A stretch of DNA of 64,000 nucleotides. Source: an uncultured Cellulomonas sp. (GTDB lineage Bacteria > Actinomycetota > Actinomycetes > Actinomycetales > Cellulomonadaceae). Location: NCBI RefSeq assembly GCF_947494015.1, contig NZ_CANLTL010000018.1:15429-79428 (forward strand), given 5' to 3'. Below the pieces are notes generated by a model. That model worked only from the letters and a program-made list of their open reading frames with translations. It had not been told where the DNA came from and ran no database searches. The first letter of the stretch is position 1, and each line of letters opens with the position of its first letter. Position numbers and translations under genes: made by a program. Shown in pieces: positions 15,852 to 24,419 of this stretch.

Positions 15852-16709
15852 ATGGGCGTCTACGACGCACCACAGTGGTTGCTGTCCAGCTGGTCCCGTA
15901 GCTGCGAGGGGGCCGGGGCGACGGCCTCGGCCGAGGAGATCCGGGCCGTCGGGTCCCGGCTTGTCGACCGGTGGTCGGAGCCGGGGCGGCACTTCCACAA
16001 CCTCAAGCACCTGCTGCACGTGCTGTCCCGGGTGGACGAGCTCGCCGAGGAGACCCACGAGCCGGACCTCGTCCGGCTGGCCGCCTGGTACCACGGCGCC
16101 ATCTTCGACGCCGCCGAGAAGGCCGCGTACGCCAACCGGGGTGGCGAGGACGAGGTCGGCAGCGCGGAGCTGGCGCGGACCGAGCTCACCGCGCTGGGTG
16201 TGCCGGAGCGTTCCGTGGAGCGCGTGGTCCACCTCGTGACGGCCCTGGCCCGGCACGCCGCCGCGCCCGGGGACTTCGACTGCGCGGTGCTGTGCGACGC
16301 CGACCTCGCCGTGCTGGCCGCAGAGCCGCAGCGGTACAAGGCCTACCTCAAGGAGGTCCGCGCCGAGTACGCGCACGTCCCGGTCGAGGACTACCTGCGG
16401 GCCCGCAGCGCGATCCTCACCAAGCTGCAGCAGCGTCCGGCGCTCTTCGCCAGCCCGCTCGGCGCGGCCTGGGAGGAGCCCGCGCGGCAGAACGTCGCGG
16501 CCGAGCTGCACCGCATCCGCAAGGAGCTCGCGGCCCTGGACGCCGCACCCCAGGACACCCCTGAGGCCGGGCCGGACGCCGGTGCGGCGCCCGGGACCGC
16601 CCCGACCGTCGCCGAGCCCGCCGCAGGTACGTCGGCGCGCGCGTCCGGCACCGGGGCCGACGGCGGACGGCGCCCCCGCCGGGGCCTGCCGACCTTCGGG
16701 CGCCGCTGA
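15852..16709 (+). CDS. HD-superfamily phosphohydrolase-like protein (COG4339-like) with an HG in place of the HD dyad
   Basis: RHFHNLKHLLHVL and LAAWYHGAIFDA are present where the family, as I recall it, has WFHDAxYD. VLCDADLAVLAA is also present. ATG 15852 is preferred, and the alternative is ATG 15810. Confidence 0.7.
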   Translation: MGVYDAPQWLLSSWSRSCEGAGATASAEEIRAVGSRLVDRWSEPGRHFHNLKHLLHVLSRVDELAEETHEPDLVRLAAWYHGAIFDAAEKAAYANRGGEDEVGSAELARTELTALGVPERSVERVVHLVTALARHAAAPGDFDCAVLCDADLAVLAAEPQRYKAYLKEVRAEYAHVPVEDYLRARSAILTKLQQRPALFASPLGAAWEEPARQNVAAELHRIRKELAALDAAPQDTPEAGPDAGAAPGTAPTVAEPAAGTSARASGTGADGGRRPRRGLPTFGRR

Positions 16710-16807
16710 CCGCGGGTCGTCCCCCGACGCCCCCGTCGGCCCGCGAGCGGCCCGGTGGTGCCCCCTAGCGTCGCCGCACCGGTGGACCGACGAGGGAGGC
16801 ACCCGCG

Positions 16808-17098
16808 ATGAGCAGGTACGAGGTCGACAGCGCCCAGGTGGCGGCGGCGAGCGCGGCGGTCCGCGCCTCGACGGCCGCGATCCGCACGGAGGTGGGCGCG
16901 ATGATGCGCCACCTCGCGGAGCTGCAGACGGTGTGGCGCGGCGGTGCCGCGACCGCGTTCGGCACGGTGATGGCCGACTGGGCGGCGACCCAGGGGCGGG
17001 TGGAGGAGTCGCTGGACGGCATCACCGTGGCGCTGGGCTCTGCGGCGACGTCGTACGCGGACGCCGAGCAGCAGGTGTCGCGGCTCTTCGGGCGCTGA
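16808..17098 (+). CDS. WXG100 family type VII secretion substrate-like protein
   Basis: The protein is 96 aa with a central W43-R-G45 (QTVWRGGAA). A helix-turn-helix hairpin is predicted. The C-terminal YADAE matches the YxxxD/E export motif. GAGGGAGG lies upstream of the ATG. Confidence 0.8.
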   Translation: MSRYEVDSAQVAAASAAVRASTAAIRTEVGAMMRHLAELQTVWRGGAATAFGTVMADWAATQGRVEESLDGITVALGSAATSYADAEQQVSRLFGR

Positions 17099-17148
17099 CC
17101 ACCGCCCGCGGCCCGGCCCGGTGGTCAGCGGCTGGGTACCCTGGCGCG

Positions 17149-17412
17149 ATGGCCGTGCTCGTGGACCCCCCGCTGTGGCCGCGGCACGGTCGGCTCTGGT
17201 CGCACCTGGTGAGCGACACCTCGCTGGAGGAGCTGCACGGGTTCGCCGCGGCGGCCGGGATCCCGCCGCGGGGCTTCGACCGCGACCACTACGACGTCCC
17301 TGACGACCAGCACGCCCGCCTCGTCGAGCTCGGTGCCGAGGCTGTGGGCACCCGCGAGCTCGTCCGGCGACTGCGCGCCTCGGGCCTGCGCGTCCGGGCG
17401 CGCGACCGCTGA
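17149..17412 (+). CDS. DUF4031 domain-containing protein
   Basis: MAVLVDPPLWPRHGRLWSHLVSDTSLEELHGFAAAAGIPPRGFDRDHYDVP matches my memory of DUF4031. Only the last 87 codons of ORF 16582..17412 are accepted. Confidence 0.7.
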   Translation: MAVLVDPPLWPRHGRLWSHLVSDTSLEELHGFAAAAGIPPRGFDRDHYDVPDDQHARLVELGAEAVGTRELVRRLRASGLRVRARDR

Positions 17413-17471
17413 CCCCGCCGACACGATCCCCCAGGACCCGACGCACCCGACGCACTCACGGAGGACCCGTC

Positions 17472-17855
17472 ATGACGCTGATCGCACGTTTCACGGTGGA
17501 CGGCGCGCAGCCGACGCGGCCACCCGGGCTCGACGGCGACTGGGTCGGGCTGCTGATCTTCGCCAAGACCTTCACGTCCGGCATCACCGGCACCGCCACG
17601 ACGCTGTTCATGTCGGCGGGGACGGAGGAAGGGTCACGCTCGTACGTCGCGACCGAGCGCATCACCGGCCGGACCGACGACGGCCAGGAGGGTTCGGTGG
17701 TCGTCCAGCACGGCGGCCTCGAGTCCGACCCGGCCACCTGGTTCGGGCACATCGTCCCGGGCACGGGCACCGGTGACTTCGCCGGGTGGGCAGGCTCGGC
17801 CCGCATCGAGCACGACGACTCGGGGGCGTGCTTCCGGATCGACCTCGCCGGCTGA
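17472..17855 (+). CDS. DUF3224 domain-containing protein
   Basis: 127-aa ORF with GGAGG 8 nt upstream. FAKTFTSGITGTATTLFMSAG...VVVQHGG...GTGTGDFAGWAG is the DUF3224-like pattern. Confidence 0.7.
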   Translation: MTLIARFTVDGAQPTRPPGLDGDWVGLLIFAKTFTSGITGTATTLFMSAGTEEGSRSYVATERITGRTDDGQEGSVVVQHGGLESDPATWFGHIVPGTGTGDFAGWAGSARIEHDDSGACFRIDLAG

Positions 17856-17867
17856 GCCTGCTCGCGC

Positions 17868-17911
17868 ACGACGGCGGGCCGGCCACCCGAGGGTGACCGG
17901 CCCGCCGTCGT
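17868..17911. terminator. Bidirectional hairpin between convergent DUF3224 and groEL
   Basis: ACGACGGCGGGCCGG (17868-17882) pairs perfectly with CCGGCCCGCCGTCGT (17897-17911). The loop contains a further CACC/GGTG pairing. Confidence 0.55.
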
Positions 17912-17954
17912 CAGTGCTCGACCTCTGCTGCGTCCCGCAGCGACGATCCGTGGA

Positions 17955-19595
<1,641 letters not shown>

Positions 19596-19701
19596 TCAAT
19601 CTGTGCTGCGGATGGGTCGACCGGCGCCCGCGACGGACGGCTCGAGGCGTCACCGGTCATGTCCCGGGTCGGCCCCGACCTCACCGGTCGGCCCCACTGT
19701 G

Positions 19702-19728
19702 CTGTCACTCTCATGCCGAGAGTGCTAA
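19702..19728 (-). promoter_or_regulatory. CIRCE-like HrcA operator 1 (CTGTCACTC-N9-GAGTGCTAA)
   Basis: Compared with TTAGCACTC-N9-GAGTGCTAA, the right arm is perfect and the left arm matches 6 of 9. It lies 119-145 nt upstream of the groEL start. Confidence 0.55.
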
Positions 19729-19736
19729 CCCCATTG

Positions 19737-19763
19737 TTGGCACTCGGACCCGGTGAGTGCAAG
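19737..19763 (-). promoter_or_regulatory. CIRCE-like HrcA operator 2 (TTGGCACTC-N9-GAGTGCAAG)
   Basis: The left arm matches 8 of 9 and the right arm 7 of 9, with a 9-nt spacer. It sits in tandem with operator 1. Confidence 0.6.
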
Positions 19764-19852
19764 GCCGGGCACCGGCTGCGCGCGACGCGGCCCTCACCCG
19801 GGTGGACGCCGCCCGTCGGCCCGACCGCGCGCGGCCACTACGCTCGACGGCT

Positions 19853-21268
19853 GTGAGCGCACCGACGGCGGAGGACCTCACGGTCACGGGCACGCGAGCG
19901 GGCGGTCGCTGGGCGCGGCGCAGCGCCGCGGCGGCCGTCACGCTCGTCATGGCCGCGTCACCGTTCCTGCTGACCGACCCCCGCTCGCCGTGGGCGAACG
20001 CGAACGACCCCGCCGTGATCGCGCTGTACTCCGACGGGCTCGCCGCGGGAGCGCCCGGCACGGCGCCCACCCTGGTCGCCGCCGGCGCACCCGCGGTGTA
20101 CCTGCCCGGCACCCGGGTGCTCGACCCCGGCCCGGCCGCGCGGCCCGGCGACACCGCCCGGGCGCACGCCCTCGCCGACGAGGCGCGGGCCTGGCTCTCC
20201 GCCGGGACGGTGCCCGGCACCGGCGGCCCCTACGAGGACCTGGCCCGCGACGCGCTGCTCGACGTGCGCGCACTCCTGCTGGACGACGGCGCCGCGGTGG
20301 CCGGGTGGTCGGCGCGGTGGCGCTACGTGTGGCCGCGCGACGCCTCGTTCGTCGCCGTCGCGCTGGCCCGCACCGGTCACGTGGACGACGCCGTGCAGGT
20401 GCTCGGCTTCCTGCAGGACGTCCAGCACCGCGACGGCTCGTTCGAGGCGCGCTACCTGCCGGACGGCTCCGGACCGCCCGACGACCGCGGCATCCAGACC
20501 GACGGGACCGGGTGGTCGCTGTGGGCGACCGGTCAGGTGCTCGCCGAGGTCCCCGACCTCGCGCGGCGTCGCGCGACCGCCGCGACGCTGCGGCCGCTCC
20601 TGGACCGGTCGACCGCGCACGCCCTGGACCTGACCGACGGGCCCGGGACGCTGCCGCCGCCGTCGAGCGACTACTGGGAGGTGGGCGAGTCGCGGCTCAC
20701 GCTGGGGACCGTCGCCCCGCTCCTGGCCGGGTTGCACGCGGCCGCCGGGGTGTACGCCGACCTGGGCCGGACGGCCGAGGCCCGCGCCGCGGCGGACCGC
20801 GCCGACAGGCTCGGGGCGGCGGTCACCCGCGAGTTCGGCCCGCGGTTCGCCCGCTACTCCGACGGGCACGACGCCGACGCCGCGAGCGCCTTCCTGCTGC
20901 CGCCGTTCCAGCCCGTCGCACTGCCCGGCGCCGCGGTGGCCTGGCGGGCGTCCGCCGACGACATGGGACGCCCCGCCGGCGGCCTCGCCCCCGGCGAGGC
21001 CTGGCGGGACGACGGCATCTCGTGGACGCCGCAGACGTCGCTCTACGCGTGGGTCGCCGCCGTGGACGGCGACCGGTCGCGCGCGCAGGGCTGGCTCACC
21101 TGGATCGACGAGCACCGCACGGCCTCGGGCGCCATCCCGGAGAAGGTGCTCGCGGACGGCTCCCCGGCGGCGGTCGCGCCGCTCGCGTGGAGCGCAGCGT
21201 GCGTGCTGCTGACGCTCGACGCGCTGGACGACCGCACCGGCGGGACGGTCGCCACTGTCGCGGGCTGA
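19853..21268 (+). CDS. Glycoside hydrolase family 15 protein (glucoamylase/trehalase-like) with RR-containing signal-like N-terminus
   Basis: RYVWPRDASFVAVAL and SDYWEVGESRLTLGT are GH15-type motifs. The N-terminus is GRWARRSAAAAVTLVMAASPFLL...PWANA. The start is uncertain: GTG 19853 is chosen, GTG 19802 is possible, and the track start 19757 lies inside CIRCE 2. Confidence 0.78.
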   Translation: MSAPTAEDLTVTGTRAGGRWARRSAAAAVTLVMAASPFLLTDPRSPWANANDPAVIALYSDGLAAGAPGTAPTLVAAGAPAVYLPGTRVLDPGPAARPGDTARAHALADEARAWLSAGTVPGTGGPYEDLARDALLDVRALLLDDGAAVAGWSARWRYVWPRDASFVAVALARTGHVDDAVQVLGFLQDVQHRDGSFEARYLPDGSGPPDDRGIQTDGTGWSLWATGQVLAEVPDLARRRATAATLRPLLDRSTAHALDLTDGPGTLPPPSSDYWEVGESRLTLGTVAPLLAGLHAAAGVYADLGRTAEARAAADRADRLGAAVTREFGPRFARYSDGHDADAASAFLLPPFQPVALPGAAVAWRASADDMGRPAGGLAPGEAWRDDGISWTPQTSLYAWVAAVDGDRSRAQGWLTWIDEHRTASGAIPEKVLADGSPAAVAPLAWSAACVLLTLDALDDRTGGTVATVAG

Positions 21269-21346
21269 CCCGCCCCCGGGCCGCCCTCCTGGCACCGCGA
21301 TCTCCTCCGGCGGGCTCGTTGCGCGCCCGCGCGTCCGCGCACACGA

Positions 21347-21997
21347 TCAGCGGGCGAAGTCGCGCTCCAGCACCACCTGGATGCCGTCGACGGCGTCGCT
21401 CTCGGCGAGCTGCACCGTGGTGATGCCCAGGACGGCGGCGACCGCGCGGGCGGAGACCTCGAGCTCGGGCCCGGCGTAGCTGACCGTCGAGGACGGCAGC
21501 GTGCCGCCGGTGTAGTTGGCGGCCTCCACCTCGGTCCAGCCGGCGTCCTCGAGCTGCTCGGCCGCGTCGGCGGCGAGCCCGGTGACCGACGTCGAGTTGA
21601 AGACGCTGACCGGGGTGGCCAGGTCCGGCTCGGGGGCGGGCGGGGGCGGCTCGGGCGTGGGCTCGGGCGTCGGCTCGGGAGCCGGGGTGGTGGGCTCCAC
21701 CGGCGCCGGGGTGCCCGTGGGGTCGGCGGCGGGGGTCTCGGGCGTGGCGCCCTCGGTGACCGTCCCGTCGCCTGCCGGGGCCTCGGCGGTGCCCTGCGCG
21801 GACGGCGCCGGCTCCCGCTCGTCCCAGACCAGGTTGACCACGACGAGCCCGAGCGCGGCGGCGACCACCAGCGCGGCGAGGAACGGCCAGACCGTCGCCC
21901 ATCGCGAGCGCGGGTTGCGATGTACCCCTCGCGGCCCGGCCGACGGGTCGACGGCGTCGAACTCGTCGGGAGGGTACGGGTACTCGCCCTTGGTCAC
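21347..21997 (-). CDS. LytR C-terminal (LytR_C) domain-containing membrane protein
   Basis: One TM segment ([25 protein letters not shown]), a Pro/Thr/Glu linker ([18 protein letters not shown]), then [25 protein letters not shown]...VSYAG. Confidence 0.8.
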   Translation of the reverse strand: MTKGEYPYPPDEFDAVDPSAGPRGVHRNPRSRWATVWPFLAALVVAAALGLVVVNLVWDEREPAPSAQGTAEAPAGDGTVTEGATPETPAADPTGTPAPVEPTTPAPEPTPEPTPEPPPPAPEPDLATPVSVFNSTSVTGLAADAAEQLEDAGWTEVEAANYTGGTLPSSTVSYAGPELEVSARAVAAVLGITTVQLAESDAVDGIQVVLERDFAR

Positions 21998-22084
21998 GGC
22001 GGACAGGTTAGCGGCAGTCAGCGGCCCGCCCGCCGCGCGCCGTGCGGCCGGCGGGGGCCCGCGGCCGGTGCGGTCACCGGGACG

Positions 22085-22384
22085 TCAGGCGTCCACGCCG
22101 AGGCGGCGGGCGCTGCGGGCGCGCTGCCGGGAGGCGCGCATCCGGCGCAGGCGCTTGACCAGCATGGGGTCGTGCGCGAGGGCGGCCGGGGAGTCGATGA
22201 GGGCGTTGAGCACCTGGTAGTACCGCGTCGCGGACATGTCGAACAGCTCGCGGATCGCCTGCTCCTTGGCGCCGGCGTACTTCCACCACTGCCGCTCGAA
22301 GGCGAGGACCTGCTGGTCGCGCTCGGACAGCTCGGATCCGCCGTCCGGGACGGGCTCGAGCGGTGCCGCTGCGGTGGCGTCCAT
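22085..22384 (-). CDS. DUF3263 domain-containing protein
   Basis: [46 protein letters not shown] is the DUF3263 pattern. GGGAGG lies 4 nt upstream of the ATG. Confidence 0.78.
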   Translation of the reverse strand: MDATAAAPLEPVPDGGSELSERDQQVLAFERQWWKYAGAKEQAIRELFDMSATRYYQVLNALIDSPAALAHDPMLVKRLRRMRASRQRARSARRLGVDA

Positions 22385-22430
22385 GGGTCCTCCCGGTGCT
22401 GCTGGTCTGCCGTCGGCCAGCGTACGGCGG

Positions 22431-22450
22431 GAATGACAGGGGTGTCATTC
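22431..22450. promoter_or_regulatory. Perfect 8-4-8 palindrome GAATGACA-GGGG-TGTCATTC, candidate operator
   Basis: Read directly. The arms are AT-rich in GC-rich DNA. The centre is about 56 nt upstream of the DUF3263 start, in a divergent spacer shared with ung. Confidence 0.35.
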
Positions 22451-22624
22451 GTCCCGGCGTGGCGCCCCCGGCGCGTTCCGGACCGCTGCCCGGCGGGGCC
22501 CCCGGGGCGCGACCGGGGCCCCTCGGGCGCGACCGGGCCCCGGCACGCCGGGGCCTGGCCCGGCCCAGGCCCGGGCCAGGCGCGGGCCGGGTCCGGGCCA
22601 TCCGCCGCGGGTACCCTCGGCGCG

Positions 22625-23302
22625 GTGAACCCGACCCCGCTGCGCGACCTGGTCGCCCCGGACTGGGCGCAGGCCCTGGCCCCCGTCGAGCCCCAGGTGC
22701 ACGCGATGGGCGCCTTCCTGCGGGCCGAGGTCGCGGCCGGCCGCGCGTACCTGCCGGCCGGTCCGGCGGTGCTGCGCGCGTTCACCCGTCCCCTGGCGCA
22801 GGTGCGCGTGCTCGTCGTCGGGCAGGACCCGTACCCCACCCCGGGGCACGCCATGGGCTTGTCGTTCTCGGTGCAGCCCGACGTGCGACCCGTGCCGCGG
22901 TCCCTCGCGAACATCTTCACCGAGCTCACCCAGGACGTCGGCTGCCCCCCGCCGAGCAGCGGCGACCTGTCCGCATGGGCGGACCGCGGCGTCATGCTGC
23001 TCAACCGCGTGCTCACCGTGCGCCCCGGCGCCGCGGCCTCGCACCGGGGCAAGGGCTGGGAGGCCGTGACCGACCGGGCGATCGCAGCGCTGGTCGAGCG
23101 GGACGCCCCGCTGGTCGCCGTCCTGTGGGGACGGGACGCGCAGTCGCTGGCGCCGGCGCTCGGCGCGACCCCCACGGTGGCCAGTGCCCACCCCAGCCCG
23201 CTGTCGGCGCGCAACGGGTTCTTCGGGTCGCGGCCGTTCTCGCGGGTCAACGAGCTGCTCACCGCGCAGGGCGCGGACCCCGTGGACTGGTCCCTGCCCT
23301 GA
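22625..23302 (+). CDS. ung: Uracil-DNA glycosylase, family 1
   Basis: [28 protein letters not shown] and AHPSPLSA are present. GTG 22625 gives the usual N-terminus ([18 protein letters not shown]). Confidence 0.92.
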   Translation: MNPTPLRDLVAPDWAQALAPVEPQVHAMGAFLRAEVAAGRAYLPAGPAVLRAFTRPLAQVRVLVVGQDPYPTPGHAMGLSFSVQPDVRPVPRSLANIFTELTQDVGCPPPSSGDLSAWADRGVMLLNRVLTVRPGAAASHRGKGWEAVTDRAIAALVERDAPLVAVLWGRDAQSLAPALGATPTVASAHPSPLSARNGFFGSRPFSRVNELLTAQGADPVDWSLP

Positions 23303-23353
23303 CCCGCGGGCCCGGTCGCGCGCACGGCCCGGCAGCCGGTCCACAATGGACGG

Positions 23354-24187
23354 GTGACCGAAGCACGCATCGACAGCGACCCCCGCACCGCCGCGGCCGG
23401 CCCCGTCCGGTGGTCGCGCTACGTGGCCCTGGGGGACTCCTTCACCGAGGGCCTGTGGGACCCCGACCCGGCCGACCCCGCCACCCAGCGCGGCTGGGCG
23501 GACATGCTCGCGGCGCACCTGTCCGAGCGGCGCGTGGCCGACGGCGCCGACCCGCTGCAGTACGCCAACCTCGCGATCCGTGGACGGCTGCTGCGCCCGA
23601 TCCTCACCGACCAGGTGCCCGTCGCGCTCGAGCTCGGCGCCGACCTCGTCTCCCTCATCGGCGGCGGCAACGACATGCTGCGACCCGCGGCCGACCCGGA
23701 CCGGATGGCGGCCGACCTCGAGGACGCCGTGGTCCGGCTGCGCGCCACCGGGGCCGACGTCCTGCTCGGCACCGGCGCGGACACCAAGGACAGCCCGGTG
23801 GTGCGGCGCACCCGGGGCCGCATCGCGGTCTTCAACAGCCACATCTGGTCCATCGCGCGCCGACACGACGCGTACGTCCTGGACCTGTGGGGCATGCGCT
23901 CGGTGCGGGACTGGCGGATGTGGGCCGAGGACCGGATCCACCTGACGACCGACGGGCACGCCCGGGTCGCGCAGGCCGCGCTCGTCGGCCTCGGCCTGCC
24001 GCCGGACGACGCCCGCTGGGACGACCCGCTCGCCCCCCGGCCGCGGGTGCCCCGGCTGGACCAGGCCCGCGCCGACGCCGCGTGGCTGCGGACGCACGCC
24101 TACCCGTGGGCCACCCGGCGGCTGCGTGGCCGGTCGTCCGGGGACGAGCGCGTCCCCAAGCGGCCCGACCCGCGGCCGGTCCGCTAG
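23354..24187 (+). CDS. SGNH/GDSL hydrolase family protein
   Basis: Block I is YVALGDSFTEG, GGGNDMLR is present, and block V is DRIHLTTDGH. Confidence 0.85.
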   Translation: MTEARIDSDPRTAAAGPVRWSRYVALGDSFTEGLWDPDPADPATQRGWADMLAAHLSERRVADGADPLQYANLAIRGRLLRPILTDQVPVALELGADLVSLIGGGNDMLRPAADPDRMAADLEDAVVRLRATGADVLLGTGADTKDSPVVRRTRGRIAVFNSHIWSIARRHDAYVLDLWGMRSVRDWRMWAEDRIHLTTDGHARVAQAALVGLGLPPDDARWDDPLAPRPRVPRLDQARADAAWLRTHAYPWATRRLRGRSSGDERVPKRPDPRPVR

Positions 24188-24284
24188 GCACGGTCGCCCG
24201 CCGGGCCGCCGGGGGCCGCCGGGGCGCCCGGTCCGGGGAGCACCCCGGCCGAGGGGCACCCTGGTCGAGGGGCGCTGCCCGGGG

Positions 24285-24361
24285 TGGAGCCCCCTGTCGG
24301 ATTCGAACCGACGACCCCCTGTTTACAAGACAGGTGCTCTGGCCGACTGAGCTAAGGAGGC
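24285..24361 (-). tRNA. tRNA-Thr (anticodon UGU), CCA encoded
   Basis: I folded the cloverleaf by hand: acceptor GCCTCCT/AGGGGGC, D-arm GCTC/GAGC, anticodon arm CCTGT-CTTGTAA-ACAGG, T-arm GTCGG-TTCGAAT-CCGAC, discriminator T, then CCA. Confidence 0.95.
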
Positions 24362-24419
24362 GGGCGGGGCGCGGATCCGCGCACCCGGTCGCGCCAGCGT
24401 ACCGGGGCGCCGCGCGCCG

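Noticed and set aside
16808-17098. A complete type VII secretion (ESX) locus around the WXG100 gene.
   Set aside because: The window has no FtsK/SpoIIIE-type EccC ATPase, EccB/D, mycosin, PE/PPE or second Esx gene. Only the orphan substrate-like gene is supported.
19757-19852. Track start (GTG 19757) for the GH15 gene.
   Set aside because: It lies inside the second CIRCE operator of the divergent groEL promoter region. A downstream GTG (19853, or possibly 19802) still precedes the RR-containing signal-like segment.
22074-22601. ORFs covering the DUF3263-ung spacer (22074..22601 -, 22236..22436 +, 22363..24660 +).
   Set aside because: The composition is extreme Arg/Pro/Gly. They overlap the DUF3263 and ung genes. 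The region is better explained as GC-rich regulatory spacer containing the palindrome and G-runs.
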